IMG/VR virus record: IMGVR_UViG_3300025769_010106
Location: 32,001 to 96,000 of that record
Strand: one strand, 5' to 3'
Length of the DNA stretch: 64,000 nt
From: a virus
In this document: positions 43,601-53,939 of the stretch, piece by piece
Numbering within the stretch: the first letter of the stretch is position 1
Layout: each line of letters opens with the position of its first letter
Program-made: the position numbers and the translations under genes
The notes under the pieces: model-generated
Told to the model about the DNA's origin: nothing
Databases searched by the model: none
What the model saw: only the letters and a program-made list of their open reading frames with translations

Positions 43601-46600
43601 TTAATTTATGGATAACTTTTAAGAAGCTAGTTTTGAAAATCCAATCTGTTATACCAGTGTCTTCACTGAGTACATATTCAATTAATCTAAAAAATAACTT
43701 GTTCAAATGTATACTTAGATCATCAACAAATATTTCATCCTTTATTGCTGTAAGAATACTTCTTATCTCAGTAAAAGGAACATTATCATAATACTTAAAG
43801 TCAAATATATCATCGTCAAACCCAACATTCCTTGTAAAATCTGAGGTCGAGAATGTATACAAACTACTGTTTAATTCTACTGTTCCGTTTTCAATAATAA
43901 CTTCTTTCCAGGTATTAGATCTTGTATATTCAAAGAAGCTAAAGTTTCCGTCGTCATTAGTTAAAACTTTTGCTGTCTGACCCACACTAGCATCCAAAGT
44001 AAGAAGTTCAGGTTCATTTTTCACTTGATAATGAGGAATTGTAGTTTGGTTATATCCTTCAGCATACCATGTTTTATATGACCAATATCCACTTGTAGTA
44101 AAAGACTGCACCTTAGTAAGGAACCAGGTCTTGTCTGCCTTTAAGGTGTAAATTGTCCAATTATTATCTAATGATTCATCTTTATCTACAAGAACGTTAT
44201 ATCCAGTAGACAGAGTGTTTACGTTTAAATAATCTCTTTCATCAATATTGTTGACCTTTTTATCCCATTCACCACTTTGTGAAGTAGGCTGGAGTTGACT
44301 TGAGAACAGACCAGTAAGTGGTGATTGTCTAACTATTGGTATCGTTTTAAAGACATCGTTACAATAATCAACAGCTATTTTAATAGCCATTCTCCTATTC
44401 TTTAGTAGTGTTTGTCTTGGTCTTATGAATATACCATACCTGTTAAACTCATTTAATGTAGGATCTGGAATAATGTTTCCTGTCGCGTCTGTTCCAGCCA
44501 TACTGTCTACTAGCTTATTCCAAATTTTAGATGGAATTTTTTGTGCACTATCTCCCTCAGAAACAATATCAAATTCACTGTGAAGAATTCCTTCATTGGG
44601 AACAACATCATAGTTAATACTCAATACAGTATTGTCGCCACTAATATTTTCTTTTACATTTGTAAGAGAAAGTGCGCTCTGAGATAAGAAACTAACAAAC
44701 TTAATTCCTTGACCTTTAGGGTCTGCAATAAGGTTAGCAACTGATTGTATACTAATGTTCCTAAAATCTGCTTCTGGAACACTGAGTTTTCCTTTTACCC
44801 AGAAATAATATTTTGTTGTTGTACTATTAGTAGCCGTGTTATATTGTTGAGTTGAGCTATAATAGGTGTCATCTTCATGTTTTGGTGTTCCTTCATATCC
44901 CGCTGCAATATATTCACTGGGCAACACATCACTTTCTACCCATTCATATACGTCAATTGAGCTGCCAGGAAAGAATTGCCCCCAATGATTTGCCCTGTAA
45001 TCTATATCGCCTTGTTCATATTCTATAATTGAACAGGTTTGCAGATCCCACCAAACTTTGCCAATATACTCATTATCCCATGAACGCCCACTACTGTTGT
45101 CAGGACTTGTGGTATAGGCTGCTGGATCATATGGTGTCATATAGTTAATTTCAGCTTCAGCTTGTCCTACAAGTTTACCCTTATAAGGATCAATATAGTC
45201 AAGGAAATTTGTAACTATATCATTACTACGATCGTAAAGTATTGTACGATTTATTAGACCTATATCAACTTTCTCAACTTCATTTCTATAAAGCTGCCAG
45301 CCTTTCTTACGCAATGGATTAACAAATTCATAAACTGTGCCACTATTAACTGCTGAAGTATCATCTAATCTTGATCCAACAAAAAGTTTAGAATCCATAT
45401 ATGCTACACTGTAACCAAATTGATCCAAATAACTTATGTCGTCACTTTGAAGTTGCTGTATAAACCCATATTTGAAAGGATTAGTAATACTCGCAGTACC
45501 AGAGGGTAGTAGTTGTTCAAATGTATAAACTGCTCCACTCTGTGTCTTTCTATCAATAAACGTTGTACTGTCTGAATCAAAGGTTGTCAAGTATTTGCCG
45601 TAATTAACGCTAGTGGTGTCATTGTCTAAATCAAATCTTGTACGTGATAGCGTACTTGCTACATCACTAGTAATAACTAATTCTTGCAGACTTAAATAAC
45701 CATTATTTTCAAACTTGTTAAAGGCGATTGCGGTACCAAAGTTTTCATTTTCAAATCCGGCTGGATGATTGATTTTCTGCACTAGCCTAAATGGTGTTAT
45801 TTTACTTGTCTTAAAACTAGACCCAACGCCTGGTCTAATTCTCATTAACCTATTAGTTGTATTATTCGCACTGCTTATGTAAGCATTACTGCCTACAAGA
45901 GATGTACTTATATTAACAATATTAGCATTAGCAATATCAGAAACCAATTTAGCTTGATCATTACTTGTAGATGACATTGTAACTTTAAAGTCATCTACAT
46001 AAATTGTGTCCCCGCTGGTTACAGAAAATCCTGACTCTGTTGTTATGTTACCAAACTTCATTCCAGAATCAGCAAATAGGAATACACTTCCTGTGTTAGG
46101 ATTAAGTTCATCTTCTCCAGGTGCGCCTATAGCTATAATAGATCCATAAGCATCTATTGCCACACTTCTTCCAAAATTTTCACTGTCTGATGGCGCCTGA
46201 TCTGTTAAATTTTGATCTATCTTTTGTACTTCTTTGTATGTGCCTGTAAATATTCTTACCGTACTACCAGCGGTTGGTGTATATCTAAATGTAATGGTGT
46301 TGCTTGAAACACTATAATAGTTTATACTACTTCCATCACCATCATCAGGGTCTGTTATTGAGGTAAGTGTTTGTAAAACTCCGTCAACTTCTACATAAAA
46401 CTTACCTGGAAGATTGGTTTCTGTAGTGAACGATTTAGTAGTACCATTACAACTAAATGCTTCTACTGTCATATTAAAAACATACGCTTCACCTGCGTCT
46501 TGATATACCGTACTTGCAGAGTTTGCAACTTCTGCATAAGGGGCGCCAACAACAAGTGTTCTACCACTGTTGTCAATATCAATTGATTCTCCGAACCTAT

Positions 46601-49600
46601 CTCCACTCATAGAATCACTACCAGTAATAGTTTCTATTAATTGATAATGAGTCTCCTGTCTAACAACAACTTTTAGACCGTTTGCTGGAATTGATGTAAA
46701 AGTAATATTATTACCGCTAAGTGTGTAATCTAAGTAGGGGAAATAAGTTTTACCCAAGGTGTCTTGTAAATATATACTGTTAACACTTAAAGGCGTAAAG
46801 TTTAATGTAAATGTGGCAGTAATCCCATCACCACTAATATTATCTATACTATTCTTATTTGTAGCAATATCATTTAAAGCATATACATACACTGTATTTG
46901 TACCAGGGGCACTAACAAACATATAACGATCATCTTTTGAAATTTTAATCTGTGTACCAAATTGTGCGCCTGAGGCTATACCATTAATTGATATTGCTTG
47001 CGTTTGAATATAAGATCCGGCTCCCTGATTTTTGAAAACAGTTACATAACCCTTTGAACTATTACTAGAAGGAGCACCAACAGCACCGTATGATCCACCT
47101 AACCCTAAACCGGTACCAAAATCATCTACAAGTCCGCTCTTATCACTTAGTGTGATAATTCCAGTTTCAATGAAAGAATTACTTTCATCAATAGCAAAAA
47201 ATGTCGCAGAACCTGTTCCGTCATTGGGGGCGCCACTAGCAGCGGTTATACCTTGATTGCCTATAGCAATACTGTGGCCTAGATAAGCATTTCCTATCTT
47301 GCTATTAAGGGTTTTAAATGTTTGCTTGGCCCAGGGTTCATCTTTCTTATACACTGCCCATTTACTATTCGAATCATCATCAATCCAAACAAGCTCATTT
47401 TTATTCCATCCAAAAGCTGGTGTGCTGGAAGTTATATCTGATAGGCTTGAAAATCTTGATCTTGTTAATTTAAACACAGGATCTCTTAGTTGCTGACGCT
47501 CTATTTCTATATCGGATTTAACAACAAAGCTATTTGGTGATGGTATACTGTCTATTTGATAAAAGCCTGAATATACATCTGTTGTTTTAATTAATACTTG
47601 TTGACTTAGTTTAAAGCCGTGATTTCCACTTGTTTTAAACGTAATAAATCCGTTAGTACTTGATACAGCACTAGTAATTTCAACAGTTGTTTCTGAAACT
47701 CTGTATACAGTCCAATCAGGAGAAACATTTTCATCTCCAGGACTTCTAGCTATCCAGATCTTTTTGCCTCTGCCTATCTTGTTGATTGATTGATTTAAAT
47801 TTTTTAAATCTGTTGATGCCCACACTGTAAAGTCAATATCATCTAGTCTAGGATATCCAGCAGAAGTTAAATCACTATTTGGTGTATATGCAGACCGTAC
47901 ATTTAAAAACTTATTAGAATATTCGTTAGGAACAGTAAGTAAATCTTTTTTCAATAATGAAATATAGTCTTGATTAGTTTTCTGTGTGCTATCAGCTAAT
48001 AGTTCAATAATGACTGGGTTATTCTCTTTCTTAGATTCTTTAACAATGAAAGATATAACCTGGTTACTGTCTATGCTTCCAAATTCACCAACTCTAAATC
48101 CCCATTCTTCATAGAAATTTATTTCCTGATCAACGTTAGTTAGATTAGCTTTAACTAATTTGTTTATACTTTCCTGAGTACCCTTAGTTTTTAATAAACC
48201 TTGATAAAACTTTACTTGGCTTACATCGTCCAAGCCTAGATTTTCTAAATATCCTCTGCTCCTAAAACCAATTAAACCTTTAGCTGCTTTTGAAGTTCCA
48301 ACCTCTAAATTCACCTTGTTAACATCAAAGAATTCGTTAAAACTCTCAGCCTTAGTAGCAATATTAGGAAGTAGACCATTGGTCATGTACTCATTAACTA
48401 CCCAATCGTTATAGTCAAAGACTGTCTTTCCGCCATGATTAACTTTTGCTGCATATACCTTGTCTCGGAAACTTACATAGTCACCTTTTTTATAGTCTTT
48501 ATTTTGCTGCCATATTTCAAATTTATTGTCGTTAAAAATATAACCGGGTGCATGTAATGTACCATTCCATTGGCCAGCCTTGAATCCTACTAGTTTTACT
48601 CTATCCTGTCTATTTCCTAGCTCAGGTTGATATACTATGTCATTAAAAATAGTTTTGTTATCAAGAACAACATAATGTTCATATTGAATAGGACTTACAT
48701 TTGCACTATACAACACATTTTGATCTGTATTTACAGTGATAGTAGTTTGATTATCTATTCGTGATACATTATAGTTTGATTTACGTATGGATGCACTATT
48801 CTGATCCTTTAAAGTATTTGATTTAGAAAAGTCATCAGTCGTTGTAAATGGTCTTTCGATCTCCAAATAATCATAGGCAGGACTAATTGCTAATACACTA
48901 CCAATAGGCCAATTTTGATCTGTCCAAAACAGGAATTCCCTTGCCCCAAGAATAAAATCTTGCGGTTCGCCTTTTTCTGTTACACTCTCAAATTTCATAC
49001 CTTTGGCATTTAAATACCTTTGATAAGCATTTAAGAAATCAGCAACCTGTCCCTTGGATTTGAGTACTGTCCCGTAGGGAACATCTGCGTAAGCATCCAT
49101 AAAATTCTTAAAAATTTTAATTGATTGATTACCAACAGTTACAGTTGTTGTATCAGTTCCACGTACACTTGGCACTATTCTAAAAAACGGATTTTCTATA
49201 TCGTAACCTGTTATCTTATATCCACTATGTACAATCGAAATTTTTACGCCGGAGTAAATTACTCTTTCTAATGGATTAGATTTATGCATTATAAGGTTAT
49301 AGTTTTCGTCTGGCAAAAATATTGTTTTGTTACTGCTCGATGGCGTAGCCTGCTCGGATATAATTTTTAGATACTTTTTATCACTAAATCCTGATAGTTG
49401 ATACATTAGATTTAGTGTTAAGTTTCTAATTCTAGTTTGAGTATCAGCAATAGACAAACCACGATTTACTATGTAGTTGTAGATAAATTGGTTATATCCC
49501 TCTACTCGATTTACTTCAGTAGTATTTTCTTTTGCAACACCGTGTATATAGAAATCACCTAACTTTGGTCTATAGCTTTTGTCTGTTTTTATTATCTGAG

Positions 49601-52600
49601 AATACTCTGTCTGTTTGCTATAAAGTCCAGTATCAAACATCAAACTTAGATATTTTGCTGGCTTTTTGATAGCACTAATTATTTGTATTGCAAATGGCCA
49701 TTCACTTGACCTTCTCCAAGCAGTCTCCTGAGGACTATAATCACCAAAACGCCATGCATCATCGCTATTCGCAGAAGTTACATCCTTGATTAAGAATTCG
49801 GTGGGAGAGCGTAAACGACCTTGATCATCGACTGGAATATAATCTAATAATTCAGGCTTTTTATAATTGTTATTAACAGTATAGGTATCAGTAACTGCGC
49901 TAGAATATACTTTTCCGTCTCTAATGTCTTCCCATAAAATATTATTACCGCGAGTATATGGTGCAACACCGTACCTATCGTCCCACCAACTTGGTTTTTG
50001 ACTATGCCCTAACATTTCCCATGGAGTTAAATGTGGAGTATCAGTATCATAAAACCATTTGTATATTCCTCTCCAGAAACCCGGAACTCTACGACCTTCT
50101 AATTTGGTTGTACCATTAGTGTGATTCCATGAAAATTGATTAGTCTCATTCCATGTAGTATTTTCAACTGTATCAACTCTATTTTTGATAGCCCATTTAC
50201 CATACAAACTTCTTATTATTGAAAGTTCGCGACTTAGTGATACAGAGCTGTTGGGTCTCCAATAACCTGAAAGCACTGAGTCAAAATCAAATAAATCATT
50301 TCTAAACTGTGTCTTAATATTGTTATAAACACGCTTTTCAAATTCAAGTATAACGTCGTCTCTTATGTCTCCATAAGTTGCCCAAATACTTCCATCATGT
50401 CCTTGTAATACTTCTTTTGGCACACTGTAGGTATTATCAATATATTTACGAGGTGTATACTTTTTCCACAATCCTAATTTAGTAGGAGTTGGAGGCACGA
50501 AACTTCCATCTGTATTAGTGTATTCTCTAATTTCAAATTTATCATTAAGAAAAGTGACAAAACTATCATTTAAAATAAACGCGGCATTAATAGTATCAAA
50601 GGTATAGTCTACACCTTCGAGCAGTTGTGTTTTAACATTATTTCTTATATGATAGATAATTACTGCTCTTTGACTTATGCTAGTTAAGTCAAATTGACTA
50701 CCGAATTCATATACTCTTTCTTTGATATCTTCAACTGTTAAATTAACAGTAGAAAAAGTATTGCCCCAAGGTACCATATCAGAATAATAGAAGGGGAAAG
50801 ATACTGTTTTGTTATTGACCATAAACAAGAGAATATCATCAACACATTTCGTTATATTTCTATAGTCAAGATCTAACTTATCTATATTCTCTATAAACCT
50901 ATTCTTGAATCTAGTATATTCCTCCATACTATAAATTAGACTATCAATTATATTAGCTTCATCGCTAGTAATGAGATATTGTCCTAATATAGCACCAGCA
51001 CTGTGCTGTAAAATTTTTCCAGGATATACTCTGTAATTTAAATCTCTTATATTATTTGATCCTAAACTACTACCCTCAAATTCTTTAATGTTGTTGGTTA
51101 TTATAATTAAATGATTGCGAATTTGACCTAGTGATAGATTTTCAAAATCATCATTGTTAGCATTATTTTCTATATTTTTTGGTATCTCGAAGTACCCATT
51201 TTCAATTATTGTATCTGAAAATACACGTAATGTTACAACATCATTTTTAGTTAACGACTTTTTGAACACAACATAGTATTTCTCATTCTGATTTAAAATA
51301 CTGTATTGATTGTTTGATATAAAGTTACTGTTAACAAAAACCTGTAGGCTGCTTGTTACAGTGTCTTTAGGTTTCGCTCCAATTTCAAAGGTATAAAGTT
51401 CAGAGGCAACAGTATATGTTACTATTTGAAACTGCTTGCTATCTTCTAGTACCTGTGTCCAACCATTCAATAGACTTCTTTTATTTGTCTTTTTGTCTAT
51501 GTAATGAACGTGGCCACTTCTTACAATAACTTTGGTTAACCCTGTATTTTTTACATATGTAAATGTATCTTTTATATAATTGTTCTCAAAAACAATGTCA
51601 CCAATGTTTTCAAAATTATTATAGGTTAAACCAAATTCTAAAACCTGATCAGTTGCTGCATTACTGTTTCGTTTGTAGCTAAAAAGTTTACAACCAGAAA
51701 AAGTTGAGCTTGGATAGACACTGGTATCTCCAAAACTTTTATGATTGCCGTCAAATACATCAAACAATGGTTCTTGATTAATCTTGGTTTTCTGTTGTGC
51801 TCTGAGCCACGTGCTGTTCTTATAATAAAAAACTACGCCTTGATTTTTAGCACCAAGTATACTTGTTACATTACTGTCATTAGGCACAGTGCCTATTTGA
51901 ACAAGGTTTATAATTTTTCTTGTATTAGCATTAGCATCTTCGTCAATAAAATCTACTCTAAAAATCTTGTTCTTTAAATCTGGATCAGCCGTGAATATAA
52001 CTGTCATCTGAGGCAATAGATCTATACTGTCACTAAAGTAACCGGTCTGACCATTTACATTTGACAGAGCATCTGTTTCAGTAACATCAACTACAGATAC
52101 AGGATCAATACTATAAACGCCATAGTTAAAGAGGGACAAGTTTGGAGTGAATTCAATAATTGGCCGTTTAGCTCTTGCAGTATCATCCACAGCAGGCGTA
52201 AACTTATTATATTTGGCGGTTGCTTCAATAACCTGTCTATGAAACCATCTATTTCCTCTTGCCCAAGCATTGTTATCAACACAACTCCTGTTGGCAACTA
52301 TATAGTCTTGCAATACTGGACTGTTTGAACTACCATCATAGTTTGTTGAATCAAAGACTACACTATCATAAGGTTCTTCCAGGGTTTCTGTAAAAGGCTC
52401 TGGTGTAGTTAAACTTTTTGCTAGAGTCAAAGTAATTGAAGACCCAACTCCTTCAACATAATAAGTTTTGTTTTGATAACTGGTTGGTGTAACGGTTGTG
52501 TCAAACTCTATTTTAAGGCCATTAGTAAAAATGACACCATTGGGACTTGTATAATTTTCTTTTCCTAGAACATCATTAACGACGTCAATAATAGAACTTT

Positions 52601-53939
52601 TTCCATCATCAATAAGAACAATGCGACCAAATCGAGTTGAATCAACGCCATCCTGATAATAGAGTTCGTCTGCTAGTGATGTTAAAGGAGGGATAAGTTC
52701 AAATTTATTACTTGTGTTTTTCCATAGCTGACGATTTCCGTAAGTTTTGCCTTGCTTGATTCTAACTTTTTGACCCTGCGGAACTGCTGTAGTTCTTGTA
52801 AGTGTAATAGTCTGTGTTCCGCCAATATCTTTTAATGCAATAGCATACACATCATATCTTTGACTAAGTGATATTCTGGTAGTCGCATCAAAAGTAGTTC
52901 CTGCTTGACTAAATGGATATCCGTCAAATGGTGATCCCGCGTCCCATAAAGTTTCATCTTCACTGTCATTTAAAAATACAAGAGTCTTACCATTTATTTC
53001 AGTAAATGTATCTATACCACCATACGTATCAACGAATTTACTATAGACCTGGTTATGTATTTGACTATATGATAGAGTTGAACAAAAATCCACAGAAGCA
53101 GCAGTTGTCATTTCTGTAAAAAAGGATTGATCATCCTTCATTGGCACATTGAATGTGATTCTTCCAACGTCTTCACCATTGTTACTTACACCGACAACAT
53201 CTCGCGTGCTTACGTTTTGTTGTGCAGAACTTATACCTGTTAATCCTATCTCTGTTTGAATCCAGAAGGGGATACCTGGCTGACTTACATTAAATGTATA
53301 GGTGCCACCCCTAGCCAGATAGAGAGTTTCGTTGCTGGTTGCGGTAGTGTTATTAAATCTGTATACGGGTTGACCTGTAACAACTTGACTCGTTTCTTCA
53401 TCAAACGTAGTAGAATCATATCCTACTGTATCCCAGGGTATTTGTGAATAGGTTGTTCCTTCTCTATAAACAGTATAGTCCTCTGTCATATCTACAGTGT
53501 TGCCAAAAACATTAACTCTGTCAGGACCACCGGGTAACCAGAAGTATTCTCCGTAGTTGACTAATTTATCTAAATCTACAAAGCCACTCCAGTTATAGTA
53601 TTCCTGGCTGAATAGGTCATTGGGATTTTCTGTATTACCGTTGTAGTATCTAATATTATTCAAAAAGTCTATATAGGAACTTGCACTTTCTACAGTACCT
53701 TCACTATTTCTATAGACTACGCCAGGCTCTAATTGATAGTTTGTTCTGTCAGTAGATATTTCACTAAGATATCCATCACCTGCTGTATAGTTCTTAGCAA
53801 ACTTTCTGCCAATAAAACCGTCAAATCTTGTGTCTCTGGGTTCGCTAATTAGCTGGTCTAGAGTAGCGTTTAAAAACTTACGGTTACGTTCAGTTTTAAA
53901 AACTTCTGGTAAAAAAGTCTGACTTTTACGAGTTGCCAT
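40605..53939 (-). CDS. Giant baseplate/wedge-associated structural protein (4444 aa) with FG-GAP propeller repeats
   Basis: Follows the gp6-like gene (TAATG coupling); FG-GAP-like repeats, GDGxTxxF repeats, GSGY...PTITI, YINEVKPYKTKIR. Confidence 0.75.
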   Translation of the reverse strand: MATRKSQTFLPEVFKTERNRKFLNATLDQLISEPRDTRFDGFIGRKFAKNYTAGDGYLSEISTDRTNYQLEPGVVYRNSEGTVESASSYIDFLNNIRYYNGNTENPNDLFSQEYYNWSGFVDLDKLVNYGEYFWLPGGPDRVNVFGNTVDMTEDYTVYREGTTYSQIPWDTVGYDSTTFDEETSQVVTGQPVYRFNNTTATSNETLYLARGGTYTFNVSQPGIPFWIQTEIGLTGISSAQQNVSTRDVVGVSNNGEDVGRITFNVPMKDDQSFFTEMTTAASVDFCSTLSYSQIHNQVYSKFVDTYGGIDTFTEINGKTLVFLNDSEDETLWDAGSPFDGYPFSQAGTTFDATTRISLSQRYDVYAIALKDIGGTQTITLTRTTAVPQGQKVRIKQGKTYGNRQLWKNTSNKFELIPPLTSLADELYYQDGVDSTRFGRIVLIDDGKSSIIDVVNDVLGKENYTSPNGVIFTNGLKIEFDTTVTPTSYQNKTYYVEGVGSSITLTLAKSLTTPEPFTETLEEPYDSVVFDSTNYDGSSNSPVLQDYIVANRSCVDNNAWARGNRWFHRQVIEATAKYNKFTPAVDDTARAKRPIIEFTPNLSLFNYGVYSIDPVSVVDVTETDALSNVNGQTGYFSDSIDLLPQMTVIFTADPDLKNKIFRVDFIDEDANANTRKIINLVQIGTVPNDSNVTSILGAKNQGVVFYYKNSTWLRAQQKTKINQEPLFDVFDGNHKSFGDTSVYPSSTFSGCKLFSYKRNSNAATDQVLEFGLTYNNFENIGDIVFENNYIKDTFTYVKNTGLTKVIVRSGHVHYIDKKTNKRSLLNGWTQVLEDSKQFQIVTYTVASELYTFEIGAKPKDTVTSSLQVFVNSNFISNNQYSILNQNEKYYVVFKKSLTKNDVVTLRVFSDTIIENGYFEIPKNIENNANNDDFENLSLGQIRNHLIIITNNIKEFEGSSLGSNNIRDLNYRVYPGKILQHSAGAILGQYLITSDEANIIDSLIYSMEEYTRFKNRFIENIDKLDLDYRNITKCVDDILLFMVNNKTVSFPFYYSDMVPWGNTFSTVNLTVEDIKERVYEFGSQFDLTSISQRAVIIYHIRNNVKTQLLEGVDYTFDTINAAFILNDSFVTFLNDKFEIREYTNTDGSFVPPTPTKLGLWKKYTPRKYIDNTYSVPKEVLQGHDGSIWATYGDIRDDVILEFEKRVYNNIKTQFRNDLFDFDSVLSGYWRPNSSVSLSRELSIIRSLYGKWAIKNRVDTVENTTWNETNQFSWNHTNGTTKLEGRRVPGFWRGIYKWFYDTDTPHLTPWEMLGHSQKPSWWDDRYGVAPYTRGNNILWEDIRDGKVYSSAVTDTYTVNNNYKKPELLDYIPVDDQGRLRSPTEFLIKDVTSANSDDAWRFGDYSPQETAWRRSSEWPFAIQIISAIKKPAKYLSLMFDTGLYSKQTEYSQIIKTDKSYRPKLGDFYIHGVAKENTTEVNRVEGYNQFIYNYIVNRGLSIADTQTRIRNLTLNLMYQLSGFSDKKYLKIISEQATPSSSNKTIFLPDENYNLIMHKSNPLERVIYSGVKISIVHSGYKITGYDIENPFFRIVPSVRGTDTTTVTVGNQSIKIFKNFMDAYADVPYGTVLKSKGQVADFLNAYQRYLNAKGMKFESVTEKGEPQDFILGAREFLFWTDQNWPIGSVLAISPAYDYLEIERPFTTTDDFSKSNTLKDQNSASIRKSNYNVSRIDNQTTITVNTDQNVLYSANVSPIQYEHYVVLDNKTIFNDIVYQPELGNRQDRVKLVGFKAGQWNGTLHAPGYIFNDNKFEIWQQNKDYKKGDYVSFRDKVYAAKVNHGGKTVFDYNDWVVNEYMTNGLLPNIATKAESFNEFFDVNKVNLEVGTSKAAKGLIGFRSRGYLENLGLDDVSQVKFYQGLLKTKGTQESINKLVKANLTNVDQEINFYEEWGFRVGEFGSIDSNQVISFIVKESKKENNPVIIELLADSTQKTNQDYISLLKKDLLTVPNEYSNKFLNVRSAYTPNSDLTSAGYPRLDDIDFTVWASTDLKNLNQSINKIGRGKKIWIARSPGDENVSPDWTVYRVSETTVEITSAVSSTNGFITFKTSGNHGFKLSQQVLIKTTDVYSGFYQIDSIPSPNSFVVKSDIEIERQQLRDPVFKLTRSRFSSLSDITSSTPAFGWNKNELVWIDDDSNSKWAVYKKDEPWAKQTFKTLNSKIGNAYLGHSIAIGNQGITAASGAPNDGTGSATFFAIDESNSFIETGIITLSDKSGLVDDFGTGLGLGGSYGAVGAPSSNSSKGYVTVFKNQGAGSYIQTQAISINGIASGAQFGTQIKISKDDRYMFVSAPGTNTVYVYALNDIATNKNSIDNISGDGITATFTLNFTPLSVNSIYLQDTLGKTYFPYLDYTLSGNNITFTSIPANGLKVVVRQETHYQLIETITGSDSMSGDRFGESIDIDNSGRTLVVGAPYAEVANSASTVYQDAGEAYVFNMTVEAFSCNGTTKSFTTETNLPGKFYVEVDGVLQTLTSITDPDDGDGSSINYYSVSSNTITFRYTPTAGSTVRIFTGTYKEVQKIDQNLTDQAPSDSENFGRSVAIDAYGSIIAIGAPGEDELNPNTGSVFLFADSGMKFGNITTESGFSVTSGDTIYVDDFKVTMSSTSNDQAKLVSDIANANIVNISTSLVGSNAYISSANNTTNRLMRIRPGVGSSFKTSKITPFRLVQKINHPAGFENENFGTAIAFNKFENNGYLSLQELVITSDVASTLSRTRFDLDNDTTSVNYGKYLTTFDSDSTTFIDRKTQSGAVYTFEQLLPSGTASITNPFKYGFIQQLQSDDISYLDQFGYSVAYMDSKLFVGSRLDDTSAVNSGTVYEFVNPLRKKGWQLYRNEVEKVDIGLINRTILYDRSNDIVTNFLDYIDPYKGKLVGQAEAEINYMTPYDPAAYTTSPDNSSGRSWDNEYIGKVWWDLQTCSIIEYEQGDIDYRANHWGQFFPGSSIDVYEWVESDVLPSEYIAAGYEGTPKHEDDTYYSSTQQYNTATNSTTTKYYFWVKGKLSVPEADFRNISIQSVANLIADPKGQGIKFVSFLSQSALSLTNVKENISGDNTVLSINYDVVPNEGILHSEFDIVSEGDSAQKIPSKIWNKLVDSMAGTDATGNIIPDPTLNEFNRYGIFIRPRQTLLKNRRMAIKIAVDYCNDVFKTIPIVRQSPLTGLFSSQLQPTSQSGEWDKKVNNIDERDYLNVNTLSTGYNVLVDKDESLDNNWTIYTLKADKTWFLTKVQSFTTSGYWSYKTWYAEGYNQTTIPHYQVKNEPELLTLDASVGQTAKVLTNDDGNFSFFEYTRSNTWKEVIIENGTVELNSSLYTFSTSDFTRNVGFDDDIFDFKYYDNVPFTEIRSILTAIKDEIFVDDLSIHLNKLFFRLIEYVLSEDTGITDWIFKTSFLKVIHKLRNLNQYPTYKSDNSQFIESYINEVKPYKTKIREYITKFNGTDTFGGDITDFDVHAFYDEKLQYFRKPSGDYSGDEILQKQGLNKPWNDNYSLRVSSLVILNQGTGYIIDPSITISAPDLPGGVTATARARTNSDKIIEVILLENGSGYTRTPTITITGAGTGCIIAPRMENITSREFDVTIKFDRITYSSIVKDWTANTTYAYEDIISYKNNTSGEQEVYKCIVTGGFTSGSTFSTEISNGTTVLEVYSDELLASNADRIAAYYAPTSGMLGDDLNLLQLGTDYTGNRVTGAGFDLEPGFDQGNFDTIGYDDFDIDTDGLAVLSGTSSLDTIIRGTFADLALGTRPEDINIDGGKFVDVYNSHAPEEVIPGIIFDTLDMEVYTDPSNDFEYDGSSFEVISKVYSADGSTKTFSFASSQAKEDVDFIRVWVGATPQRNLTLDYFDRTVTLENTPAAGSAVYIYGFGVTGEKMSHEETFIGDGSTAGFVSGIPIANADQQLVLKNGIRLVKGIDYTVNDSDNKVLLQFTDVPANSDHIHVFMYDQDESRQAWTEVYTQEITLVSGTKTYDLEKTIQYTQPFEGNVVVELGNLRLRPSNAKHYVADGSTLVYSIPTTAGELPTLADGDIRVTVISPDDRSTLNPVTNKTPNIDYFVNPSDGSSVRTIEFFNPPSTGDTVIVSVRTGDYQIDGNIITLDDTVSFSNGDKLYVTSFANHNPLRIQTKVFEGLGSEIVSSEVGFDDVIFDSSGFDGTAISGLSTFEYTMDRNITNTNYLWVTLNGVKLHAGEYTIVGNNKVSLSGQSVTSNSIIVITSFSENVIQPTVGFRILNNMLGEWEYRRLAKDFRTELAKDLLPTDTKIYVQDATKLPLARVNDKQPGVVYIGAERVTYWEISYEDNYITNFRRGTSGTSFFPIHRKMTPVIDGSLAQELPDTSTHTKVWYTQGSTTAANGLGLQSSSTINANFLKDKEATVGNYLRELDSPRYVAADYVEEDYVEIRE

